NCBI GenBank assembly: GCA_963717935.1
Contig: CAVQXP010000004.1
Coordinates: forward strand, 1,504,001 to 1,568,000
DNA length: 64,000 nucleotides
Direction: 5' to 3'
Source: Candidatus Eiseniibacteriota bacterium
GTDB lineage: Bacteria; Eisenbacteria; RBG-16-71-46
In this document: one piece after another, positions 8,874 through 18,586 of the stretch
Layout: each line of letters starts with the position of its first letter
Numbering within the stretch: position 1 is the stretch's first letter
Made by a program: the position numbers and the translations under genes
Notes under the pieces: generated by a model
Told to the model about the DNA's origin: nothing
What the model saw: only the letters and a program-made list of their open reading frames with translations
Databases searched by the model: none

Positions 8874-11192
8874 TTGAGACCCATCGATTCGTGCCTGCTT
8901 CGCAGGTTCGCGGCGATCGCCATGCTGACGTTGGTGGCTTTCGGATCTTCGCTGCCCGTTCCGCGTGCGGCTCTGGCCTCGGAGCGCAGCCCGGAGGAGT
9001 TGCGGCGCCTGGCGCAGCAACTCGGCTACACGCCCGAGCAGTTGCGCGCGGCGGCCCAGTCGCAGGAGGCGGCCGGCGCGGTCCCGAAGAGCGCGCCCAC
9101 GGTGTCCGCCTCGGCGGCGGCGCAGGCGCTCGCGCCGGAGACGTCGAGGCCCGACGCGCGCGGTCCGGCGCCCGCCCCGGCCACGCCGAACGACGCGCAG
9201 CCCTTCGGCTACGAGGTCTTCCGCTACGCGCCCACCACGTTCGAGCCGCTGGCCTACGGTCCGGTCGACCAGGACTACCCGATCGGCCCGGGCGACGAGC
9301 TGGTCCTCACCATGTGGGGCGACGCCCAGCTCGCGCTCACCGCGACAGTGAACCGCGAGGGCGCGATCGTCCTGCCGGACGTGGGGACGATCCCGGTCAA
9401 CGGGCTCACGTTGGAGGGGGCGCGCTCGCGCATCCGCGCGGTGCTGGCCCGCAGCTACGCCGGTCTGCGCGCGACCGGACCGGGCGCGACGCTCTCGCTC
9501 GATCTCTCGCTCGGCAAGCTGCGCTCGATCCAGGTGTTCCTGCTCGGCGAGGTGGTCAAGCCGGGCGGCTACACCGTGAGTTCGGTGTCGCGGGTGATCA
9601 ATGCGCTGTACGTGGCGGGCGGCGCGACTCGCCCCGGGTCGCTGCGTGACGTGCGCGTGATCCGCAACGGACAGGTCGCCGCGAGCGTGGACCTCTACCG
9701 GCTGCTGCTCACGGGCGACGCCGGGGACGAGACCCGGCTGCAGAACGGCGACGTCATCTTCGTGCCGCCGGTCGGGCGGCGGGTGAAGGTGAGCGGCCCG
9801 CTGCGTCGCAACGGGCTCTTCGAGCTGAAGGACGGCGAGGAACTGAGCGCGCTGCTGCGGATGGCGGGCGGCCCGCGGGCCGACGCCGACCTGTCACGCG
9901 CCCAGATCAATCGCGTGATGCCGCCGGAGCTGCGCGACAGCCTGCCGGGGCAGGACCGTCTTGCCCTCGACGTCTCGCTCGCGGCGGTGGCGGCGGGGCC
10001 CGGCGGCGACGTGCCGTTGTGCGACGCCGACGAACTGGTCGCGTACTCGATCGGGCAGGAGCGGCGCAACACCGTCACGATCTCGGGCTCGAGCGTGCTC
10101 AAGCCGGGCGTCTACGAGTACCAGCCGGGCCTGCGGCTGCGCGAGTTGGTGGCGCTGGCGGGCGGGCTCAAGCCGGAGGTCTTCCTGGGCCGCGCGCAGG
10201 TGACGCGCACCGCCGCCGACCGCACCCGCTCGGTGCTCCGCGTCGACCTGACGCGCGCGCTCGCGGGCGATCCCCGGGACGACCTGGCGCTCGAGCCGCT
10301 CGACGAGCTCGGCGTGCTCTCGAAGTGGGACGTCGAGGAGCGCGGGCGCGTCCGCATCGATGGCCTGGTGCGTCACCCGGGCGAGTACGAGTACCTCGAG
10401 GGCATGACGCTCGCCGACCTCGTGTTCCAGGCGGGCGGTCTGACGGACGACGCCCTGGCCCTGTCGGCCGAGCTCGCGCGGGTGGTCCTGCGGGCGCAGG
10501 GCCTGGAGATCGCGGACACGCTGCGGGTGCCGCTCGAGCGCACGCTCACGGCCGACTCGCGGGCCTCGGCGTTCGCGCTCGAGCGCTGGGACGCCGTGTT
10601 CGTGCGCCGCGACCCGGAGTACCGCGAGCAGGTGTTCGTGAGCGTGGACGGTGAAGTCCGGTTCCCGGGGCGCTATGCACTCACGCGCCGGGACGAGCGC
10701 GTCGCCGACCTGGTGAAGCGCGCGGGCGGCCTCACCGAGCTCGCCTACGCGCCGGGTGCCAGCTTCTCGCGCACCGGCGCCGACCGCCTCGCGATCGACC
10801 TGCCCGCGGTGCTGCGCGACCCGCGCAGTCCCTCGAACCTGGTACTGGAGGCCAGCGACGTGCTCCGGGTGCCGCGCTTCGCGCCGACCGTGACGATCGA
10901 GGGCGCGGTGTTCAACCCGGTGACCGCGCTCTACCGCGCAGGCGCGGGGGTGGGCTACTACGTCACCCAGGCCAACGGCTTCCGCCGGGACGCGGACAAG
11001 CGCCGCACGGTGGTGATCCAGGCGAACGGGAGTGTGCAGAAGGGCGGCACGCCGGGCCCGGGCAGCCGCGTGCTGGTGCCGGCGAGACCGGCCTCGGAGC
11101 AGAAGGACCACCTCAAGGACATCGTGAGCGTGATGGGCATCCTCGCGAGCGCCGCGACCACCGTCTACCTCGTCCACCAGGGTGCGAAGTGA
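8874..11192 (+). CDS. Polysaccharide export protein (OPX/Wza family) with multiple SLBB domains (OtnA/KpsD-like)
   Basis: PFGY.VF, DYPIGPGDEL, VNREGAI.LP, repeated GEV.PG.Y / L..AGG units, C-terminal amphipathic helix; TTG start after GGAGGA (alternative ATG 8922). Confidence 0.88.
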   Translation: MRPIDSCLLRRFAAIAMLTLVAFGSSLPVPRAALASERSPEELRRLAQQLGYTPEQLRAAAQSQEAAGAVPKSAPTVSASAAAQALAPETSRPDARGPAPAPATPNDAQPFGYEVFRYAPTTFEPLAYGPVDQDYPIGPGDELVLTMWGDAQLALTATVNREGAIVLPDVGTIPVNGLTLEGARSRIRAVLARSYAGLRATGPGATLSLDLSLGKLRSIQVFLLGEVVKPGGYTVSSVSRVINALYVAGGATRPGSLRDVRVIRNGQVAASVDLYRLLLTGDAGDETRLQNGDVIFVPPVGRRVKVSGPLRRNGLFELKDGEELSALLRMAGGPRADADLSRAQINRVMPPELRDSLPGQDRLALDVSLAAVAAGPGGDVPLCDADELVAYSIGQERRNTVTISGSSVLKPGVYEYQPGLRLRELVALAGGLKPEVFLGRAQVTRTAADRTRSVLRVDLTRALAGDPRDDLALEPLDELGVLSKWDVEERGRVRIDGLVRHPGEYEYLEGMTLADLVFQAGGLTDDALALSAELARVVLRAQGLEIADTLRVPLERTLTADSRASAFALERWDAVFVRRDPEYREQVFVSVDGEVRFPGRYALTRRDERVADLVKRAGGLTELAYAPGASFSRTGADRLAIDLPAVLRDPRSPSNLVLEASDVLRVPRFAPTVTIEGAVFNPVTALYRAGAGVGYYVTQANGFRRDADKRRTVVIQANGSVQKGGTPGPGSRVLVPARPASEQKDHLKDIVSVMGILASAATTVYLVHQGAK

Positions 11193-12202
11193 GCGCGGCG
11201 CCCGAGACCGCGCCGGCCGTCCGCGGGCGTGTGCTGCTCGAGCCCGACGAGACGCCCGGCGCCGGGTTCGACTGGCGCGCCGCCCTGGCGCGGCTCTGGT
11301 CGCGGCGCCGGCGGCTGGCCGCGCTGGCGGCCGGCGGGGCCGTGGTGGCGTTCGCGCTCTCCTTCCTGCTGCCGCCGGTGTACGAAGCGAGCGTGACCCT
11401 GATGGAGGCGCAGAGCAGCAGCCTGGGCTCGGTGTCGCCCCAGCTCGGCATGCTGGAGGAGCAGTACGCCCTGCGCCTCGGCGCCCGCACGAGCGGGGTC
11501 AGCACCTACCCCGAGATCGTGCGCAGCCGCCAGTTGCTCACCCGCGTGCTCGAGCAGCGTTTCCCGACCGCGCGCCATCGCACGGTGCGGCTGCTGGACC
11601 GGCTGACCCGCCCCGCCCCGGCGGCCCGGCGCCTCGACCTCGGGGTGCGCCGGCTGCGGCGGCGGGTGGACCCGGCGCTCGACCGGCGCACCGGCATCCT
11701 CACCGTGCGCGTGAGCCTCGACGATCCGGTCCTCGCCGCGGGCGTCGCGACCGCGGCGTGCGCGGCGCTCCAGGACATCGTGGTGCACTCGATGAACACC
11801 CAGGCCGGTGCCAACCGCCGCTTCATCGAGGCGCGCGTGGCGGAGGCCCGGCGCGACCTGGCCCGGGCCGAGGACGCCCTGCGCGCGTTCCGCGAGAACA
11901 ACCTGCGCGGCAGTTCGCCGCGCCTGCTCACCGGGGAGGCGCGCCTGGTGCGCGAGATGCGCACCCAGGAGGAGATCATGCTCACTCTCACGCGCCAGTA
12001 CGAGATCGCGCGCGTGGAGGAACAGAAGAACGTGCCGGTCATCAACGTGCTGGACCCCGCCGTGCCGCCGGCCTTCCGCAGCGCGCCGCGGCGCAGCCTC
12101 CTGGCCGCGCTCGGACTGCTGCTCGCCCTGGCGTGCGGTGCCGCCTGGGTGCTGGCTCGGGAGCCCGCGCTCGCCAGGGCCGTGACCGGTGTGCGCGACT
12201 GA
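11189..12202 (+). CDS. Polysaccharide co-polymerase / chain-length determinant (Wzz/GNVR-type, no kinase domain)
   Basis: N-terminal TM helix, PPVYEA, coiled coil, VLDPAVPP..SAPRR before the C-terminal TM helix. Confidence 0.85.
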   Translation: MSAAPETAPAVRGRVLLEPDETPGAGFDWRAALARLWSRRRRLAALAAGGAVVAFALSFLLPPVYEASVTLMEAQSSSLGSVSPQLGMLEEQYALRLGARTSGVSTYPEIVRSRQLLTRVLEQRFPTARHRTVRLLDRLTRPAPAARRLDLGVRRLRRRVDPALDRRTGILTVRVSLDDPVLAAGVATAACAALQDIVVHSMNTQAGANRRFIEARVAEARRDLARAEDALRAFRENNLRGSSPRLLTGEARLVREMRTQEEIMLTLTRQYEIARVEEQKNVPVINVLDPAVPPAFRSAPRRSLLAALGLLLALACGAAWVLAREPALARAVTGVRD

Positions 12203-13745
12203 GGCCGGCCCCGCGCTCGCCGAACGCGACGCCGCGGGGCGCTCGACTCGACGAGCGGGCACGGCTGCGGCCGTTCGCCTCCCCGACGCGGGGGCCGTCT
12301 CGGAGCCCGCGGGTGTCGGCCATGCGCGCGCCCGGCTCTCGGGCCACCTGGCCTGGAACCTCGGCGCCGACCTGGCCGCGCGGGGGGCTTCGCTGTGGCT
12401 GGCGTTCTTCTGCGCCCGCTTGCTGGGCGTCGCGGGATTCGGGCGCTTCAGCTTCGCCCTGGCCGCCGCGCAGTACGCCTGGCTCGTCGGCGACGCGGCC
12501 CTCAACGGCGGCTACGCGACGCGCGAGACCGCGCGCGACCGGGGTGCCACGCCGGGGCAGGCCGGGCTGTTCTGGAGCGCGCGCCTGGCCGCGGCGCTGG
12601 CCCTCACCGCGCTCTACCTGACGGTCGTCCTGTTCGTCCCCGGTGAGCCCGCGACCCGCCGGGCACTCGCTGCGGCGGCGATCTTCTTCCTGGCCTACGC
12701 CGCGTTCCCGGACTGGGCGCTGCGGGGCCTGGAGGACTTCCGCGGGCTCGCGCTGGGCAACGCCGTCTACGCCGTGAGCCTCATCGCCGCTACCCTGGTG
12801 CTGCTCCCGGCGCACCCGGACCCCGCGCTGGCGGTGGGGTTGTGGGGCGGGTGCTTCGCCCTCGCGGCACTGGCCACGCTGCCGCGCCTGACGCGCCGGG
12901 GCCTGCTGAGCCTGCGGCTGGCGTTCTCGGTGATGGCGTGGCGGCCCCATGTCCGGCGCTCGTCCATGTTCTCGCTGGGCTCGGTCGCCGCGATCGGCTA
13001 CACGCAGCTGCCCATCCTGCTCGCGGGTGTGCTGACCGGGCCGCAGGAGGTGGGGCTGTTCTCGGCCGGGTTCCGCCTGCTGCTGGCGTTCATCGGCGCG
13101 CTCATGATCCTGTGGTGGCCGCTGATGCCGGTGCTGACGCGCGAGCAACCGGGTTCCCCGGTGTTCCGCGAGGTGCTCGGCAGCTCGGCGGCGCTGGTGC
13201 TGGCGCTCAGCGTGCCGGTCGCGCTCGCGTTCACGCGTTTCCCCGCCGAGGTACTGGCCGCGCTCTTCGGCCGCGGCTACGTCGCGGGTGCGGCGGCGCT
13301 GGCGATCGGCGCGTGGGTGCTGCCCCTGTACGCGCTCACCGGCCTGCTCGAGCAGACCAGCCTCGCGCTCGGCCGTGAGCGCCTGCGCGCGAGGGTGGCG
13401 TGGACGACCCTTGGCGCGATGGGCGCGCTGGCGCTCCTGCTCGTCCCGCGCCTGGGCGCGGTGGGGGCGGCGTTGACCTCGGTGGCCGGCTTCGCGCTGG
13501 CGCTGGCGTTGTACGCAGCGCGGCTGCGCCGGCACGTCCAGCTCGGCGACGTGTTCCGCCCGCTGGTGCGCGTCGGCGCGGCCGGCAGCGCGCTCGCCCT
13601 GTTCTGGTTCGCCGCGCCGCGCCTGGCGCCGCTGCCCGTCTGGGTCTGGCTCGCGGCGGGCGCGGCGCTCTACGTTCCGCTCGCGCTCGGTCTCGGGTTG
13701 CTGCGGCTCGCGCCCGGGCTGACGTGGCCGCGGAGACCGCGATGA
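12189..13745 (+). CDS. wzx: Oligosaccharide flippase (Wzx family)
   Basis: ARLLG...FG.FSFA, many TM helices, VGLFSAGFR, LVPRLGAVGAA; start uncertain. Confidence 0.82.
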   Translation: MCATEAGPALAERDAAGRSTRRAGTAAAVRLPDAGAVSEPAGVGHARARLSGHLAWNLGADLAARGASLWLAFFCARLLGVAGFGRFSFALAAAQYAWLVGDAALNGGYATRETARDRGATPGQAGLFWSARLAAALALTALYLTVVLFVPGEPATRRALAAAAIFFLAYAAFPDWALRGLEDFRGLALGNAVYAVSLIAATLVLLPAHPDPALAVGLWGGCFALAALATLPRLTRRGLLSLRLAFSVMAWRPHVRRSSMFSLGSVAAIGYTQLPILLAGVLTGPQEVGLFSAGFRLLLAFIGALMILWWPLMPVLTREQPGSPVFREVLGSSAALVLALSVPVALAFTRFPAEVLAALFGRGYVAGAAALAIGAWVLPLYALTGLLEQTSLALGRERLRARVAWTTLGAMGALALLLVPRLGAVGAALTSVAGFALALALYAARLRRHVQLGDVFRPLVRVGAAGSALALFWFAAPRLAPLPVWVWLAAGAALYVPLALGLGLLRLAPGLTWPRRPR

Positions 13746-14836
13746 CCCGCCGGGCGCCGGAGCGGCGCGAGGCGGGCCGCGTGGTCCTGCAGCGGATCCC
13801 CCGCGGTCCGCTCCCGGAGCACCCGTTCGTTTCGGTCCTCGTGGCCGTGCGCGACGAGGAGCGCCACATCGCCCGGGCGTTGGAGGCCGTGTGCCGGCAG
13901 TCCTACCCGCGCGCCGCCGTCGAGATCCTGGTGGTGGACGGAGAGTCGGACGACCGCACCCGCGAGGTCGTCGCGGGTCTGGCCTTGCGGGACCCGCGCG
14001 TGCGCCTGCTCCACAATCCCCTGCGCCGCGTCGCCGGCGGACTCAACGTCGGACTGCGCGCCGCGCGCGGCGCCGTGATCGTGCGGGTGGACGGCCACTG
14101 CGTGATCCCGCCGGACTACGTCGCCGCCTGCGTGCGGAGGCTCCGCGCCGGCGAGGCGGACTGTACGGGCGGCCCGGTGCGCGCGGAGGGCGAGACGACC
14201 ATGGGGCGCGCCATCGCGCGGGCCATGAGCACGCCGTTCGGCGTGGGCGGGGCCGCCTTCCGCTGGGCGGACGCCGTGCGCGAGGTGGACCACTTGCCGT
14301 TCGGGGCGTGGCGACGCGAGGTGTTCGAGGTCATCGGCCCCTTCGACGAGACGCTGGTGCGCAACCAGGACGACGAGTTGAGCGATCGGCTGCGCCGGCA
14401 CGGCGGCCGCATCGTCATGGATCCCGCCATCCCGGTGCGCTACTTCAGCCGCACCCGCCTGGCCGGGCTGTGGCGGCAGTATCTCGGGTATGGCTTCTGG
14501 AAGGTGCGGGTCATCCGCAACCGCGGTGGCTGGCCCGCTTCGCCCCGCCACCTCGTCCCGGCGGTCTTCGTGTGCGCGGTGCTCGGCTCGCTCCTGGCCG
14601 CGGCGGGGACGCGTCACTGGCTGCTGCTGGCCGGCGTGCTGGGGCCCTACGCGCTGTTCCTGCTGGTCGCGACCGTGCAGTCCCTCGCCTCGCTCCGCGA
14701 CCGCGCGGCACTGCTCGTGCCGGGCGCGCTGGCGGCGATGCACGTGGCCTACGGCGTCGGGTTCCTCCTGGCGCTCGCCCGGCCGCCGAAGCCGGCGCCC
14801 TCCGCGACGCCATCGTCCGAGCGGCGGGCCGCATGA
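13742..14836 (+). CDS. GT2 glycosyltransferase (ExoA-like)
   Basis: VSVLVAVRDEE, VVDGESDD, VRVDGH, RNQDDE, RQY.GYG. Confidence 0.9.
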   Translation: MTRRAPERREAGRVVLQRIPRGPLPEHPFVSVLVAVRDEERHIARALEAVCRQSYPRAAVEILVVDGESDDRTREVVAGLALRDPRVRLLHNPLRRVAGGLNVGLRAARGAVIVRVDGHCVIPPDYVAACVRRLRAGEADCTGGPVRAEGETTMGRAIARAMSTPFGVGGAAFRWADAVREVDHLPFGAWRREVFEVIGPFDETLVRNQDDELSDRLRRHGGRIVMDPAIPVRYFSRTRLAGLWRQYLGYGFWKVRVIRNRGGWPASPRHLVPAVFVCAVLGSLLAAAGTRHWLLLAGVLGPYALFLLVATVQSLASLRDRAALLVPGALAAMHVAYGVGFLLALARPPKPAPSATPSSERRAA

Positions 14837-16305
14837 GCGTCGCGACCCTGCGCCCGGCACTCGCGCCGGCCCCGGCGCTGGCCTCGTATCCCCTGCGCGT
14901 CCTGGCGGTCGTGGTGTGGGCGGCGATCGCCCTGGCGCTCGCCCCCTGGGCGACGGACGCGTTCGTCTGGTGGAGCGGCGCGGGGCTGGCGCTGGTCGCG
15001 CTGTGGCCGTTCGCGCGCGCCCGGCGGCGCGGCCTGGACCCGGGCGACGCCCTGTGGTGCTTCCTGCTCTACTTCGTGCTCGCCATGCTGCTGCGGGGGG
15101 TCGGAGTCCTCACCTTCGTGGACAGCCCGTACCTGCGCGTGCTCGGCGATCCGCAGTCGGCGTCCTACCGCCAGTGGGCGGGATGGATGTTCTTCTACTC
15201 CGCCCTCGGCCTCGCCGCCCTGAACGCCGCCTACCACGCGCCCTCCGCGCGTCGCCGGGCCCTCGCCTGGCTCGAGCGCAGCGCGCTGCTGCGGGCGCCC
15301 TGGCGTGAGTCGCGCATCGTGCCCGTGGGCCTGGCGTTGCTCGGGATCGGCGCGATCGGCGCGATGCTGCGCCTGCACTCGCTCGGCGGATTCGCGAGCG
15401 CCGCGGCCGATCCGCTCGCCGCCAACCAGGGCGCGCTCGGGTACTTCTGGCAGATCGCGCTCACCGAGTTCGCGGTCGTGGGCTTCCACGTGCTCGTGAT
15501 CGGCGCGATGCTCCGCGGGGACCGGCGTCTGCCGTGGATCTGGCTCGGCCTCGGCCTTCTCCTGAGCGCGCCCCTCTACCTGATCAGCAGCTCCAAGGCA
15601 CTCCTCATCCGAGTGCTCTTCACTCCCATGCTGTTCTGGCACTTCCTGCGCAGGCCCCTGCGCCTGGGACACGTGTTCGGCTTCTTCGCCGGGTTCGTGC
15701 TGCTGTTCCCGCTGTTCTATGCCTACCGATCGCTCGGCATCGAGGGGCTCGACGGCGTGGGGCTCTATTTCGAGACCACCGATGCGCCGTGGCTCAAGTT
15801 CTACAACCGCGCCTACGACGCGGACAGCTTCATGCGCGTGCTGCATGCGACCGGCCAGGGCCTGGTGCCGCTCCAGTGGGGCCACAGCCTGCAGGACCTG
15901 TTCTTCTTCTTCATCCCGCGTGCGCTGTGGGCGGCGAAGCCGGAGAGCTTCGGCCTCGGCTTCGGCACGCTCTACATGCCGGAGGTCGAATGGGGGGGGT
16001 TGATGACGTACATGTCCCCGTCCCTGCCGGGCGAGCTGTTCCTCAACTTCCACGTGCCCGGCCTGCTGGCCGGCTTCCTCCTGCTCGGGTGGGGCCTGCG
16101 CGCGGCCGTCACACTGGCGCGCCGCGGGGGGCCGGGCGCGGTGCTGCTCTACGGCTACTTCTTCCTGGCGGCCGTGCACCTGGTCGAGGGTTCGATCGCC
16201 GCCCAGATCGAGTTCTTCCTCACCAGCGCCGTCCCGGCGCTCATCGCATTGTTGCTGTTGCGTGGGCGCTGCGCGCCCGGCGCACCCTCCAGGGAGTCCG
16301 CATGA
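14833..16305 (+). CDS. Polysaccharide polymerase (Wzy-like) integral membrane protein
   Basis: Multiple TM helices, periplasmic loop, FFIPRALW..KP and PGELFLNF motifs; operon context. Confidence 0.72.
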   Translation: MSVATLRPALAPAPALASYPLRVLAVVVWAAIALALAPWATDAFVWWSGAGLALVALWPFARARRRGLDPGDALWCFLLYFVLAMLLRGVGVLTFVDSPYLRVLGDPQSASYRQWAGWMFFYSALGLAALNAAYHAPSARRRALAWLERSALLRAPWRESRIVPVGLALLGIGAIGAMLRLHSLGGFASAAADPLAANQGALGYFWQIALTEFAVVGFHVLVIGAMLRGDRRLPWIWLGLGLLLSAPLYLISSSKALLIRVLFTPMLFWHFLRRPLRLGHVFGFFAGFVLLFPLFYAYRSLGIEGLDGVGLYFETTDAPWLKFYNRAYDADSFMRVLHATGQGLVPLQWGHSLQDLFFFFIPRALWAAKPESFGLGFGTLYMPEVEWGGLMTYMSPSLPGELFLNFHVPGLLAGFLLLGWGLRAAVTLARRGGPGAVLLYGYFFLAAVHLVEGSIAAQIEFFLTSAVPALIALLLLRGRCAPGAPSRESA

Positions 16306-17441
16306 CCGTCTCCGTGCAGCCCGGGCCCGCGGGGGCCACGCCGGCCGAGCCTTCGCGCATCCCGCCCCGGCGGATCCTGTTCGTCGGGCCGCTGGTGGAG
16401 GGCAGCACGACGCTCCAGCGCTGCCGGACGTTGCGGCGGCTGGGCCACGAAGTGCTCGCCGTGGACGAGTTGCCCGCGCCGTGGTCGAGGGTGGCGCTGA
16501 CGCTCCCGTACCGGGCGTTCCACCGGTTCGGCGGACCCCACGACCTCGCGGGCGTGAACCGCCAGATGCGTGCCGTGGACGCCGGTTTCGCGCCGCACCT
16601 GGTGTGGATCGAGAAGGGACTCGCCGTCGAGGCGGCGACCCTGCGCGCGCTCCGGGAGCGCTGGCCGCGGACCGTGATGCTCAACTACTCGGGGGACGAC
16701 ATGTTCAACCCGCGCAACCAGTCCCGGCGCTGGCGCGCGGGCCTGCGGCTCTACGACCTGCACGTCACCACCAAGCGTCACAACGTGCCCGAGCTTTGGG
16801 ATGCCGGTGCGCGTGACGTCTTCCACGTGGACAAGGCGTTCGACCCGCTGGCGCACCGGCCGATGCCCGTGACCCCGGAGGTCCGCGCGCGTCTCGGCGG
16901 CGACGTCGGCTTCGTCGGTTGGCCCGAGGCCAAACGGGCGGCCTCGATGCTCCACCTCGCCCGCCGCGGCGTGCCGGTGCGGATCTGGGGGCCCTGGGGG
17001 CGCTTGCGCTGGTCCCATCCCAACCTGCGCGTCGAGGGCCGGCCGCTGTGGAGCGACGATTACGCCAGCGCCCTGTCCGCCTTCCGTATCAACCTGTGCT
17101 TCCTGCGCAAGGTGAATCGCGACCGCCACACCACCCGCAGCGTCGAGATCCCGGCGTGTGGCGGATTCATGCTGGCCGAGCGCACCGAGGAGCATCGCGC
17201 GTTGTTCGAGGAGGACCGCGAGGCCGTGTATTTCTCGTCCGACGACGAGTTGCTCGAGAAGGTCCGCTGGTACCTGGCGCACGAAGACGAACGGGCGCGC
17301 ATCGCCGAGGCCGGCCGGCGACGCTGCTGGACCGGCGGCTACACCTACGAGCGGCGTCTCGAGGACGTCCTGGCCTACGTCGCAGTGCGCGACGGGGGAC
17401 CGGCGGGCGCGGTGGACCTGTCGTGCGCGGCGGAGGCCTGA
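16302..17441 (+). CDS. Glycosyltransferase (CgeB-like GT-B)
   Basis: DVGFVG, INLCFL...DRHTTRSVEIPACGGFMLAERTEEH. Confidence 0.85.
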   Translation: MTVSVQPGPAGATPAEPSRIPPRRILFVGPLVEGSTTLQRCRTLRRLGHEVLAVDELPAPWSRVALTLPYRAFHRFGGPHDLAGVNRQMRAVDAGFAPHLVWIEKGLAVEAATLRALRERWPRTVMLNYSGDDMFNPRNQSRRWRAGLRLYDLHVTTKRHNVPELWDAGARDVFHVDKAFDPLAHRPMPVTPEVRARLGGDVGFVGWPEAKRAASMLHLARRGVPVRIWGPWGRLRWSHPNLRVEGRPLWSDDYASALSAFRINLCFLRKVNRDRHTTRSVEIPACGGFMLAERTEEHRALFEEDREAVYFSSDDELLEKVRWYLAHEDERARIAEAGRRRCWTGGYTYERRLEDVLAYVAVRDGGPAGAVDLSCAAEA

Positions 17442-17443
17442 CC

Positions 17444-18586
17444 ATGGCGCGCATCACGTACTTCTACCGCGAGATGTCCGAGTACATCCAGATCGACCTC
17501 GATCTGCTGCGCGAGCGCCACGACCTCACGGTCATCGAGTGCCGCTCGCGCTGGCCGCGGCCGCTGCGGCTGCTGCGGCTCGTTCGCTCGAGCGACATCG
17601 TGATGTCGTGGTTCGCGAGCTGGCACTCGCTGTTGCCGGCGCTGGCCTGCCGCCTGCTGGGCAAGCCCATGCTCGTGACGGCCGGCGGCTACGACACCGC
17701 CACGGGGACGGAGAGCGGCTATGGCGCCGCCCGCGGGTGGTTCAAGCGCCTGGTCACGCGGCTCACGATGCGGCTCGCGACGCGGCTGGTCGTGGTCTCG
17801 CAGTTCGCGCGGCGCGAGGCGCTGGCGGCCGGGGCCGACCTGGCCAAGCTCGTGGTCGTCCCGCACGGCCTGGAGCCCGCCCGCTACCTGGACCCGGGTG
17901 TGGCGCGCGAGGAGCTGGCGGTCACGGTGGGGGGCGTCAATACGAGCAACCTCACGCGCAAGGGGCTGGAGTCCTTCGTGCGGGCCGCCGCGCGGCTGCC
18001 GCAGCTGCGGTTCGTCGTGGTCGGCGCCTGGATGGACGGTGCCATCGACCGGCTCCGCGGGATCGCGACCCCCAACGTCACGTTCACCGGCCGCGTCTCG
18101 CACGAGGAGAAGGTCGCCTGGCTGTGGCGCGCGCGCATCGCGGTGCAGGCGTCGCGGCACGAGGCCTTCGGCCTCTCGCTGGCCGAGAGCATGCTCTGCG
18201 GTGCGGTCCCGGTCGTCACCGATGCGGGGGCGCTGCCGGAGGTTGTGGGCGACACGGGCGTCATCGTCGCCTCGCAGGACCCGGACGATCTCGCCGACGG
18301 CATCCGCAGGGCGCTCGGGCTCGGCCCGCACGCCGGCCAACGGGCCCAGGACCGCGTGCGGTCGCGCTTCACGATCGACCAGCGCCGGGCCCTGCTGCAC
18401 GACGTGGTCGGGCAGCAGGGCTCCGGCAGGGAGCCGAGCGCGGCAGGCGCGGGTCCTGCGGCGCGGCTCCCGGAGTCGCGGGGGCGGCCCGACCCCGCTC
18501 GCGTCGACGCGCGCAGCAGCGGAGCGCCGGGAACCAGGATCCGTCCGTCGAGGGAAGGAGGTCGTCATGTCAAGTCTCGCCTGTGA
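17444..18586 (+). CDS. GT4 family glycosyltransferase
   Basis: VVVSQF, VPHG, RKG, EAFGLSLAESMLCG.VPVV...GALPEVV. Confidence 0.9.
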   Translation: MARITYFYREMSEYIQIDLDLLRERHDLTVIECRSRWPRPLRLLRLVRSSDIVMSWFASWHSLLPALACRLLGKPMLVTAGGYDTATGTESGYGAARGWFKRLVTRLTMRLATRLVVVSQFARREALAAGADLAKLVVVPHGLEPARYLDPGVAREELAVTVGGVNTSNLTRKGLESFVRAAARLPQLRFVVVGAWMDGAIDRLRGIATPNVTFTGRVSHEEKVAWLWRARIAVQASRHEAFGLSLAESMLCGAVPVVTDAGALPEVVGDTGVIVASQDPDDLADGIRRALGLGPHAGQRAQDRVRSRFTIDQRRALLHDVVGQQGSGREPSAAGAGPAARLPESRGRPDPARVDARSSGAPGTRIRPSREGGRHVKSRL